From NCBI GenBank assembly GCA_964016885.1, contig OZ024757.1:27466001-27530000 (forward strand): a stretch of DNA of 64,000 nucleotides. The letters are read 5' to 3'. A model generated the notes under the pieces. That model did not search any database, was not told where the DNA came from, and was given only the letters and a program-made list of their open reading frames with translations. This DNA is from Eledone cirrhosa. Taxonomy: Eukaryota. The first letter of the stretch is position 1; every line of letters starts with the position of its first letter. Positions 42,634 to 55,559 of the stretch are shown here, piece after piece. A program made the translations under genes and the position numbers.

Positions 42634-43800
42634 TATTTAACCATTTTGTGACCAAATTTCTATAGAAACATATTATTAACTGTCTTTTAATTATTGAATT
42701 GGTGGCTGGTACATTTCTTAACAAAACATGTTACATAATATCATGATTTAATTATAAAAATAATTTAAAATCATGAGAAGTTTTGTATCATGGAATCAAA
42801 GGTAGTCTGAAGAAGGTTTAGTACCAAAAGCATTAAATCTTAAACTTCTGCAAGGAGTTGCAACTGACTGAAAGTATCAGCAATGGAAAAGACCATTGGA
42901 AACATAGTTTCCTTAGTTTGGTTGGGAGATCAGCCTCTTTCCTTTACTATATTGTGGATGAGTATTTGGCTGGGAAGATCCTCAGTGATACTAGGGCCTG
43001 TGAGAGCATGTGAATTAGTGGTTAGGGTGCTGGACTGATCATAATGTCATGGGTTCAATTCTCAGACTGGGTGTTGTATTGTGTTCTTGAACAAAACACT
43101 TAATATTATCATGGTGACTTCTGCCAGCATAGCATGCTGCATCGGACAGTGGATTAGTCCCTTTTATTTTCCTCGGAAGAAGAGATTTTAATCTCGAAAT
43201 ATCAGGACATAAATAAATTAAGGTAAAAAACACATAACATCTTGTTTTATCCGACTAGTTTGTTTATCAGTCCATTCCACATTGTCGTGGCTTTCAAACT
43301 TCGATTTCTTTATCTTTATACCATGTACAATGCTTCAAGTAAACTACAAATTCCTCCTTAATTTTGTGTTGCTCCAATCCACTCAGCTCAAAGTAAGTAA
43401 CAGCGGTAGCTGGGAATTAACCCTGCAGTAGACTAACATCCTATCCAGGAAGAAGTCCTATACACTTAGTCACTTCACGCCAAAGAAACCAGGATCAACA
43501 CCAGCTTGATGAGCCTTCAGGCTTGGGAAAAGGATAAGAGAAGAGAAGTTGAGAAAGCCAATCATTTATAGTAACCATGGGGTTGTAGTAGCATGCAGTT
43601 CATGATTATTGAGGCATGGAAAAATATATATTTTCTATATATTTTTTTTTTCGCATGTGTAGTGATTGGTTTTGATAATCAGGTAAACCTTGGCAAAATA
43701 GATTAACTATTGTGTTTGTTAATTAAAATGTGACTCAGCAACTACAGCTACCAGCATTATCACAATCAACATGATCAACATCACCACAAGCGACAACAAC

Positions 43801-43834
<34 letters not shown>

Positions 43835-45430
43835 GCATGATCAGCACCACCACCGTCACCATCACCCTCATCATTACTATCATCACCAACACCACTACCA
43901 TCAGTATCATCTTGATCACCACCAGCTTCACCATGATCCTCATCACTACCATTACCACCATCATGGTCAAAAAGTGGTTACAAGAAGTGGTTACACAACA
44001 GTTAGTTCACCATGGTGAACTAACTGTTGTGTAACCACTTCTACCTAACTCGTCCCATGGACTGAGTACTCTAGCACTACGGATATTACCTTCCAGTGTT
44101 CTACCACTATATATATATATATATATAATCACAATGACCAGTAGTTGTCATGTATATTTAGCCATCACAATGACCAGTGGTAGTGGAATATATTTAGTCA
44201 CCTTAGTAGACTGGCAGTGGTGTTTATATATATATATATATATATATGGGAAAATATTCAAGACCCTGACGGCAGAGCTCAAGCCGTTTTGACGGCTATT
44301 TCTGGACTAAAATAGAATTTTTAGTGTGGTAATAAAATATTTTATTACCATGTTAAAAATTCTATTTTAGTCCAGAAAGATGAGGCTTGTTTGCATAATT
44401 GCAAACGAATCGAATGTTATTATTAATATTCGAAAAACTCAGATTACATTTATTGTATTCAGCCATGTAGAGCGAAAATCTTTATTTATTTATTTATATA
44501 TATATATATATGTTTGTGTGTGTGTTGTTATATGAGGCACTCGCAAAACCTGATCTGCCCTGGGCACCTCCCCAAGGTCTTAATCTGGTCAGAGAGCTAG
44601 GCAAGATAGGTGACCATGTCTTGCTCAAATGCTTTTTTGGGGTTTGGTTTTCTACAACTTGATGCCCTTCCTCATGCCAACCCCATTATACCATGGACTG
44701 GGAGCTGTTTTTTTGTAGCACCAGCTTGACTACTTTACGGGATGGACCGGGTGCTTTCTGCATGACACCTGCACAACTACTTGACAGGGTGGATTAGGTG
44801 ATTTCTGTTGTGGATTTAGCATGGCCATCTTACAAGGTGGAGTGGGTGCCTTTTGCCGTGTCTCCTACACGACTACTTTACAGTGTGGGCTGGGTGCTTT
44901 TGGTCGTGATTCCTGCAGAATGATGATGATGATGATATGTATACATATATACATATACATACATATATTCTGGCATGGGAAGTGGGTACATACATATATA
45001 TATTGTCAGAGTCATCTATATAGCCATTGGTATTACCATATATTTAGCCATTACAATAGCCAGGGATAATACAGTATGTTTGTTATTCTCAATGCATGTC
45101 CACTGAAAATTAATCTTTATGAATGTAAAATGCTATCAACTGACAAAGTCTGTGCTCTTGCAATTAGCCATTCTAATTATCATCCCCACCATCCACCACC
45201 TGCAGCTTCACCCCAATTATCATCTGCACATCTTTCATCTTCCTCCTAATTCCCACCATCATGATCATCCCCACCACCACCATCACCACCATTCCTATCT
45301 CTGTCTCTTTCATTATTATTACTATATCATCCCTGGCTATTGTGATGGTTAATATATGGTAATACCAATGGCTATATAGATGACTATGACAATATATATA
45401 TATATGTATGTGTGTGTATGTATATATATT

Positions 45431-45612
45431 GGCGGTGGATTGGCAGTATCAGTAGAGGGTCGGGCGCCATGCTTTGCAGCATAGAGTTATGGCCCTTTAT
45501 AGTCTGAGTTCAAATCCCGCCAAGGTTAACTTTGCCTTTCATCCTTACGAGGTCGATAAAATAAAGTACCAGTACTACACTGGGGTAATTGCTGGCCTTG
45601 TGCCAAAAGTAC
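45431..45612 (+). mobile_element. Meta-domain SINE
   Basis: Head and core match the family. Confidence 0.8.
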
Positions 45613-45759
45613 TATGACCACCACCACCACCATCACCATCATCACGATCACTATGATTACCTCCCCCACTACCACCACCATTCTCATCTCTGTCTCTTCT
45701 TCCATTATCACTACTATCACCATCATCATCACCATCACCGCCATCATGATCACTATCAT

Positions 45760-46115
45760 TACTCCCCCGCTACCATCATCATAACCACCAACTGCATCAC
45801 CACTATCACCACCACCACCACCACCACCACTATCACTATGATTAACCCCCCACTATCATCATCACCACCATTACCCCCATCATCATCATCATCATCATCA
45901 TCATCGTTGAGGTTATCATTACTATCACCATCACCATCACCACCACCACCACCACTACCATCACTATAATTAACCTCCCCACTACCATCATCACCACCAT
46001 TACCCCCATCATCATCATCATCATCGTTGTTGAGGTTATCATTACTATCACCATCACCACCACCACCATGATTAACCCCCCCCCCCCACACTACCATCAT
46101 CACCACCATTACCCC

Positions 46116-46149
<34 letters not shown>

Positions 46150-46246
46150 GTTGTTGAGGTTATCATTACTATCACCACCACCACCACCACCACCACCACC
46201 ATCACTATGATTAACCCCCCACTACCATCATCACCACCATTACCCC

Positions 46247-46289
<43 letters not shown>

Positions 46290-46518
46290 GTTGTTGAGGT
46301 TATCATTACTATCACCATCACCACCACCACCACCATCACTATGATTAACCCCCCACTACCATCATCACCACCATTACCCCCATCATCATCATCATCGTCG
46401 TTGTTGAGGTTATCATTACTATCACCATCACCACCATCACCACCACCGCCACCACCACCACCACCACCACCATCACTATGATTAACCCCCCCACTACCAT
46501 CATCACCACCATTACACC

Positions 46519-46561
<43 letters not shown>

Positions 46562-46815
46562 GTTGTTGAGGTTATCATTACTATCACCATCACCACCACC
46601 ACCACCACCACCACCATCACTATGATTAACCCCCCCCCCCACTATCATCATCACCACCATTACCCCCATCATCATCATCATCGTCGTTGTTGAGGTTATC
46701 ATTACTATCACCATCACCACCACCACCACCACCACCACCACCATCACTATGATTACCCCCCCCCCCCCACTACCATCATCACCACCATTACCCCCATCAT
46801 CACCACCATTACCCC

Positions 46816-46846
<31 letters not shown>

Positions 46847-46860
46847 GTTGTTGAGGTTAT
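45760..46860. repeat. Compound minisatellite with (CAT)n/(CAC)n of variable length
   Basis: Units atgattaaccccc...(cat)n cgttgttgaggttatcattactat (cac)n. Confidence 0.85.
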
Positions 46861-47580
46861 CATAGCTATTATCATTGTCTTCATGTAAATTAACCTAGGT
46901 TTTTGCATCTTTGAGACAGATCTGTTCTGCTCTACCGCACATGTAACCATGGTGATATACAAGCAGTTGTATGCTGGCATAAATTGTTTGAATGTATTGT
47001 ATAACTGGTGTAAATATACACTGGAATTTGTATCTGAATGAATGTATATATGTATGTATGTATATTGTGTGTGTATGCACATGTGTATATGTACATATGT
47101 ATGTGTGTGTGTATGTATGTATGTATGTAGTGTATGTGTATGTGTATGCACACGTATATATGTACGTATGTATGTGTGAATGTGTGTGTATATGGATACA
47201 TATATATGTATGTATATATATAAATATATATGTGTGTGTGTGTGTTTATATATATGTATATGTATGCGTATGCATGTGTATGTATGTATAAATACATGTG
47301 TATATGTATGTATGTGTGTATATATCATCATCATCATTATCACCGTTTTACGTCCATTCTTCCACATTAGCATGTGTATGCAGATATGTCTATCCTATTT
47401 TTTAGGGAGAATACTCACCACGCTAATTTTAGTAAAACATTAACAAACAAAAGGGTTAGGAGGTTTCTTCAGCTAACCTTCCAAGGGCATTTTTCTTGCT
47501 GAAGCAGGGGTTAGCCTAGTGAGCCCCATGACAAGCTGCTCTGATTTAACTAATTTAACTAATTCTCTCAACTATTAAAT

Positions 47581-47766
47581 ATAATTGTTTCTACTTTTTG
47601 GCACAAGGCCAGCAATTACCCAATACATTACTGGTACTTTATTTTATAGACCCTGTAAGGATGAAAGGCAAAGTAAATCTCAACGGGATTTGAACTCAGA
47701 CCGTAAAGGAACGTAACTATGCTGGAAAGCATGGCGTCCGACCTCTACCAATACTGCCAATTCACC
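47581..47766 (-). mobile_element. Meta-domain SINE
   Basis: Head and core match the family. Confidence 0.8.
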
Positions 47767-48445
47767 ATTGGCTGTTATTACAGTCATTTCCTGCATTTGG
47801 GATTCTCACATTTCAAATTTTGAAAACTCCCAGTGCTTCAGTAATTTGTAAGGTTTATTTAAAATATAAAGTGTTTTAGAAAGAGAATTTATTCATTAAA
47901 AAAAAAAAGATGTTTATTAAAAGACATTTTATCTCACAGAACCCTAGAAGTTATGACTCTTTATGTTCTGAGTTCAAATCCCGCCATGTTTAGCTTTATT
48001 GTCCTTCAAAACTTCCATGCTTCCCGAAATTCACCAACACTACACCTGATATTCCCCCTCCATACACACACTCATGCATGTATCTGTGTGTATATCATGA
48101 CTCATACACTGTTCACTTTCCTGACCTTAGTACATTATTCTATGTACTATACAAGCACCTTTGATGAGGTATAGTGCACTTGAGCACTGTACACAATAAT
48201 TTTCACTATTATTATTATTATTATTATTATTATTTTAAGTCTTTTGCGAACCACTGGGGTTCTTTAGAACACACTTTGTGAATCACTGGACCTCCAGTGT
48301 TATCATCCTCATCATTTCTATGTCTACTTTTTTATACTGGCATAGGTTAGATGGGATGTTTTGAGACAATGTTTTAAAGCCAGATGTCGTTTTTGGCACC
48401 AACCTTTTCAGTTGCTTCTTATGACATGCAGGGATAAGTTGTACC

Positions 48446-48596
48446 CAGTACCAAAATTACCATTGTGCTTAGATGTGCTTAAGCACAGGGCCCCGTTTGC
48501 CAAAAAAATCTTTTATGACAAATTTTTCAAATGTAAGGGGCCGGGGCCTCATAACTTAACTAGCCCAGAGCCTCATTTGTCCTAAATCCGGCACTG
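48446..48596 (-). mobile_element. hAT-type MITE, same family as 29325
   Basis: 8-bp TSD gttgtacc/gttgtact. Confidence 0.75.
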
Positions 48597-49124
48597 GTTG
48601 TACTTATACTAAAATCATGACTATACACATACTCTATTGTCTATAGAACTATATAGTCATCATATATTGTTCATAGTATACAGTTAGCACACATTTCTCT
48701 ATGTTATGGATAGAACTGGTGGTTGTGATAGTAGTGGTAGTGATGGTGAAAATGGTGGTGGTGGTGGTGCTGGAACTAGTGGTAGTGGTGGGGTTGTGTA
48801 GTGCTCAGAATTATTGGTGGTAGTTGTACATACTATTGGTAGTAGTGATGGGGTGGTGGTGGGGTTGTGTAGTGCACAGAATTATTGGTGGAGCTGGTAG
48901 TGGTGGTGATGTGTACTGGATGTTGTAGGCGGTGGACTGATGGAAACACCATTCACCACATTCATCAATATATAAAATCTAATATATATATTTATATATA
49001 TATGTGTGTGTATGCATGTATATTATACATATATATTATAAATATATATATATATACATATATATATATCATAAATATATATACATATACACACACACAT
49101 ATATATATATCATAAATATATTTA

Positions 49125-49198
<74 letters not shown>

Positions 49199-50277
49199 GT
49201 ATAAATATATATAAATATATATATGTGTGTGTATATATATATATATATATGTATAAATATATATAAATATATATATGTGTGTATATATATATATTGGCAG
49301 CAATGAAGCTGAAACAAAGCAATGTCTGAGACATTGCTAACATTCTTTAACTTTTATTACTTACAATCAACAAAACCCCCTTTGGCACCATAGGCACCAT
49401 ATTGATTTTGGATTCTCCTTATATGTGTCATATAACCAGAACATTTACTCACCCCACCCCCCTCTCTCTCTCTGGCCTCCACTTCTCTTACACTCTCTCT
49501 CTCCCTCCCACTCAATCTCAATATCTGTCCATCTCACGCTCTTCCAATGTATTTCTCTCTCTCTCTCTCTCTCTCTCACTCTCTCTCTCTCTCTCTCCCT
49601 CTCTCTCTCTCTCTCTTTCCCTATTTATCTCTCATCCAATTCCAATATCTATCCAGCCCACTCTCTCTCATTTAGTCTTTCCTCTCTTTCACTCAATCTC
49701 AATATCCATCTTGCTCTCTCCTACTATCCTGCTTCTCGCTTTCTCTACATTTCTCACCCAATCTCAATACCCCCCCCCCCCTCTCCTTATTTATCCCCTT
49801 TCCACGCTCTTACTTTGTCTACCTCTCTTCCTCTTAGTTTACAAAATCATTTCATGGGTCGAACAGATTACCATGGTCTAAGACCAGATGGGTCAGAGCA
49901 GCCCAGCTTGCTCATTATGTTCCATATTTGGTAGGATTACTATGGTTGGATGCCTTTTCCAATACCATCTATTTACAGGGTGTACTGGGTGTGTTTCTCA
50001 TCACACCAGCACTACAACTTTACAGAGTGTACTGGGTGCATTTTATTGTAGCACCAGCACTAGAAAGGGTTGTCACATGCTAGGTTCGCCTAAAGAGTCC
50101 TCTCAAACCTTACAATGTTTCCAACTGATTGGCAAACACTGAAGCTTCTGGCCTCTCCAACCCTTTAGCATTTAAACCGACTGTTTTCGGCCAGAATTCG
50201 CTCACCTCTTTCTGCTCAAACTGGCTGTAACTTGCCAGTCATACTGATGTTAACGTATTGTTCTCAAAATAAATAAT

Positions 50278-50465
50278 TGTTTCTATTTTTAGGCACAAGG
50301 CCAGCAATTACCCAGTACATTACTGGTACTTTATTTTATCGACCCCGTAAGGATGAAAGGCAAAGTTAACCTCGGCGGCATTTGAACTCAGATCATAAAG
50401 GAACGTAACTCTATGCTTCAAAGCATGGTGTCCGACTCTCTACCGATACTGCCAATCCACCGCCC
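50278..50465 (-). mobile_element. Meta-domain SINE nested in a piggyBac-like MITE
   Basis: 18-bp TSD gttctcaaaataaataat at 50260 and 50473. Confidence 0.85.
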
Positions 50466-51063
50466 TTCCACCGTTCTCAAAATAAATAATATCAAAATTG
50501 CATAGATTCAATATTATGTGAGATAATTATGTGAAATATTGTGGGGTATCATGTGAGATATTATGTGGGGTATTATGTGAGATATTATGTGGGGTATTAT
50601 GTGAGATATTATGTGGGGTATTATGTGAGATATTATGTGGAGTAAAGCCTTCTGCACATATCGGTGAAATACTCAGCCACTTTGCACACTAATTCAATGG
50701 GTAAGTCGTTTAGTTGATCCAACAATTGGATACTTAGATGTTGTTCTCAATGGGAGAGTCCATTACACAACAACATGGTCGAAATACTCAACTACTTTGC
50801 ACATTCATTCAATAGGTTGGACATTCAGCTGATCAAACAACTAGATACTTATATGTCATTCTCAATGGGAGAGTCCATTACATGGTAGCATGGTGTAAAT
50901 ATCAAATTTAATGGAGGAGAGTCCATTACATAACAGCATGATACAAATATCAAATTTGCTGTAGTTGCAGAATTTTCTAGAACTTCCATCAAGCTTCATT
51001 TAACTCTATCACCATGATACCAAGAAAAAAAAAAATCATAGTTATATATATATATATTATATC

Positions 51064-51144
<81 letters not shown>

Positions 51145-51637
51145 AAGAATATACTTCTTAGCTGGTGTGAAGTTGAGCTAATTCTTATTCATATATTCTG
51201 TTATTCTTTCTGGTTTCAGTCATTGGACTGCAACCATGCGTGACGACTGTCTTTGAAGGGTTTAATCAATTATATCGACCCCAGGACATTGGCTGCTTCT
51301 AATTTTATCACCCTCATATGAAGAGCAGGAGAAAGTCAATTAGGCATAAAGGGATGTAACCCAAAAGGAACAATATGCCACATGCCACTTTTTTGTTTGT
51401 TTGATGCACCCTTTTTCTCTTTCCACCACTAAAAAACCCCGCTCCACTGCATACTATCTGAATACTAAATGTCCTCCATTCACAAGAGGTCACTTCTTGC
51501 GCAAGTGTTCTTTGCTTTTTGAGTGAAATTTGTTAGACAGAATCTGTGAAGGAGCCCATTGTATGTGTATACATACATACCTACGTACATACATATATAT
51601 ATATATATGTATATATATATACATATATATATATATG

Positions 51638-51811
<174 letters not shown>

Positions 51812-51853
51812 CAATATTAAATAAATGGAAAACTATATTTATAAAACCATATT

Positions 51854-51919
51854 TATTTCATTATATATATTTCGGGGATATCATATTAACAATATGCTAT
51901 GCCTTCATCAGACAAAATA
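51854..51919 (-). ncRNA. Type I hammerhead ribozyme motif
   Basis: tattttgt-CTGATGA-aggcatagcatatt(gtt)aatatgatatcccc-GAAA-tatata-TA^atgaaata; G-U wobbles preserve helix I. Confidence 0.7.
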
Positions 51920-51974
51920 CAATATATATCAGTTATAAATATTTACTAGTTGTAACCCAACAATTTTAAATATA

Positions 51975-52034
<60 letters not shown>

Positions 52035-52075
52035 TATATATACATATATATATATATATAAATATATATATATAA

Positions 52076-52118
<43 letters not shown>

Positions 52119-52277
52119 GGTGGTAGAACACTGTTAGGCTATATACGCAGTAGTAGAGCACTCAGTCCATGGGACGAGATCGGTAGAAGTAGTTTCACAA
52201 CAGTTAATACACCATTGATCTGTCTGAGGTGAAACATATTTTTTTCAGAAATTGTATATTAACTGTTGTGGAACTAC

Positions 52278-52313
<36 letters not shown>

Positions 52314-53787
52314 TGGGGTCCATATCATTCCACTGCAAAGTGGTCGTGGAGGTGCCACGGCAAAAAAAGCACCCAGCACTCACTGTAAATGAGGTTGGTG
52401 TTAGGAAGGGCATCCAGCTGTAGAAATCAAGCCAGAATCAGTTCCCGCCCCACCCTTGCAAGCAGAGAAAAGCGGACGTAAAAAAGAAATGAAAAAATGA
52501 AATGAATATATATCATATATAATGAAATTATTGTGTACAGTGCTCAGGTGCACTACAACAATATAAAATCTAAAAACTCTAAAGTCTGTCTTAAGCCAGA
52601 AGGCTCGTTAGGCCAGTGCTTATCCCAGTTCCATGGCGTTAAGCAACTGAGAGTAAAAGATTACCCCCTGGAAAGGACGCCAGTCCATCGCAGAGTTAAA
52701 TACCCAGCTATTGCTGGTACTCATTTTCAGCTGATTATATTGGAGCAATGTGAAATGAAGTGTTTTGCTCAAGAACACAACATGCAACCCAGCCCTGGGA
52801 TTGAACCCACAACATTATGATTGTAAGTCCAACACCCTTACCACTGTGTGTATGTGTATTCTTACAATGAGCACCAGGTCGTTTCTGCTCCACTCCTGTG
52901 AGTGTCTGTGTGTGTGTGTGTGGGTGGTGGGTGGGGGGGCTAGTCAATTAACTCTGATTGTTCTAGTTTATATGATTAGTAAATCAGGCTTTACTCCAGC
53001 TTCATCCTCGAACAGTTAGCAATGGGAATATCATCTAACTGTAAAACCTATTATTTCAACATAATCCAAGACATCAAACCACCCAAGCAAGTATGGAAAT
53101 ATATATACTCTTTTACTCTTTTACCTGTTCCAGCCATCCGGTATGTGTATATATTTCTATATATATACACAATTATTATCATTTTATGTCCATTTTCCAT
53201 GCTGGCATTGGTAGGTAAGCCTATATATATATGGTTATAATGGAGTCTACCAATATTTATCCTGGTAAAGATTATAGAAGCTCTATGCTAATCAGTATCC
53301 TTGGTCCAGCAGTAACCAAAAAACGCTGAGGGAGCTTTTAGCCTTAGTAGATTCTGCTATAGAGTGTTATGGCACGGACTACAGAGGTCAATATATATAT
53401 ATATATATATATATACAAAGACACATTGTAAAATGGTTGGTGACAGGAAGAGCAACCAGGTGTAGATTCCATGCCATAAAAAGGTTAAAACTGTTCAGTT
53501 GACACAAAGACATGACAAACTCCCTAGTGGTGTACCCATGATAAAATGCACCCAGTATACTCTGTAGGGTACAATAACATATTTAAACATGATGCTCCCC
53601 ATTACTAGCTAGTTTGAGAAGTCATTGGCTCCGGCTGAGTACTGACTTGGTATGGGACCATCTCTCCATGCTGATATGGATTGGCCAAGGGATGGAAACA
53701 TGGTGACAGTGGGGAGAATAGGTAGGTTAGATAGTGATGTAGAGGAGATGGAAGGAGGAGGAAGAACATAAATATCATTGAGCGAGA

Positions 53788-53962
53788 TGGATTGGCAGTA
53801 TCGGTAGAGGGTCGGACGCCATGCTTTCCAGCATAGTTACGTCCCTTTACGATCTGAGTTCAAATCCCGCCGAGGTTGACTTTGCCTTTCATCCTTACGG
53901 GGTCGATAAAATAAAGTACCAGTAATGAACTGGGTTATTGCTGGCCTTGTGCCTAAAGTAGA

Positions 53963-53969
<7 letters not shown>
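53788..53969 (+). mobile_element. Meta-domain SINE
   Basis: Near-identical to the 37896 copy. Confidence 0.85.
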
Positions 53970-54004
<35 letters not shown>

Positions 54005-54344
54005 TTTTATATACTTTATAAAACTCCTTTTTTTTTAAAATTGTTCTTTTTTCGATAAGGTCACTTTGACAGATCAAAGAAGAAAAAAAGGATATATATA
54101 TTCTTTAGATATATTTCTGTGCTGTTTCCATACATACTTTTTTTTTCTATAACCTCTGTTTTGTATAGAACCTTACCCCCTTTTCAAATATATATGTATT
54201 TATATATATGTAGAAGTTGTATTTAATTTGTTGGAAGTCCGACAAACATAAATGTTTGTAACTGATTTAGAGCACTCAACAGTTTACTGGAGTAAATATT
54301 CCATGATATTAAATAAATGGAAACTATATTTATAAAACCATATT

Positions 54345-54409
54345 TATTTTATTATATATATTTCAAGGGCAACCAAGACAACATTGGTGCGCTTTCATCA
54401 GATAAAATA
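54345..54409 (-). ncRNA. Type I hammerhead ribozyme motif (inverted copy)
   Basis: Exact reverse complement of 54453-54517. Confidence 0.8.
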
Positions 54410-54452
54410 CAATGTTTTCATGGGTACGTCTCTATTTATAAAACAAACTTTG

Positions 54453-54517
54453 TATTTTATCTGATGAAAGCGCACCAATGTTGTCTTGGTTGCCCTTGAA
54501 ATATATATAATAAAATA
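54453..54517 (+). ncRNA. Type I hammerhead ribozyme motif
   Basis: tattttat-CTGATGA-aagcgcaccaa/ttggttgccctt-GAAA-tatata-TA^ataaaata. Confidence 0.8.
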
Positions 54518-55559
54518 AACATGGTTTTATAAATATAGTTTCCATTTATTTAATATCATGGTGTATTTATATATATATATATATATCAGCATATTGATAT
54601 ATTATAATAAAGATATATCTATATATTGGAATAGTAATGTATTGATATATTTTAGTGGCCTACATTCATACAGTATGTAGTTAACCCTTCAGCATTTAAA
54701 CCGGCTGTATCCGGCCAGAATTCTATCACCTCTTTCTATTTAAACTGGCCATAACTGGCCACTCATATTGATGTTAAGGCATTGTTCTCAAAATAAATAA
54801 CATCAAAATCTCATAGATTTGATATTATGTGAGGTAATTATGTAAGATAAAGCCTTTACTGTGAAAATACAATAGTAAATACAGAGTAATGTAAATGCTA
54901 AAGAGTTAATCCGACACCCTAACAAGTCTCTCAATTTCTCCCTTTCATACCAATACAAAACTGAATCTAATACGCTTACATCATTATTACTTTTTATGTT
55001 AGCTTTTCCATGCTTGCATGAGTTGACTGGGTCTTTTCCAGCACAGCCTTCCACCACCTACTGTGTAAACTCATCATCTCCTTTGCTAGATTCAAACCAG
55101 GTTTTCCTTTGCATTTCTCTACTGCAGTTTTCTTTTACTGGGAACTCCCAAAGTTTCTTCACTCAATAGTCAGTATACCAGTATACCAGTATACCAGTAT
55201 ACCATCCATATATAAGCTTTCCTAACAAATTTTCAGCCTTATACCTGCTAAAGTTTATTTTATTGCTCTTCATCACTCAAGTTTTGATAAAATATTCACC
55301 AATCATGCAAGAAGGGGAATGGCTAATCATTGAAGCCTGTGGTGAAGTTGTTTGGTTAGATGGATGGATAAATGAAGGGAGACTTTAATTAATGAATATA
55401 TATATATTTCGTTTCTGAATTTGTTTAGCAAGATTCTTTATCTGAAAACGTGTGTTGAAACCGATATTGTTATGCTTTGGGAGGGTCATGTTGCCAATAA
55501 GAAACACACGCACCAGTTGCTTTCACTCTAATTTATTATAAATTAAATTTATAAATTTA

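Noticed and set aside
49318-49340. agcaatgtctgagacattgct hairpin as a hammerhead remnant
   Set aside because: Only a helix and CTGA remain; no GAAA or helices II/III
55435-55490. ctgaaaacgtgtgttgaaacc hammerhead-like string
   Set aside because: Core is CTGAAAA and helices I and II are not convincing
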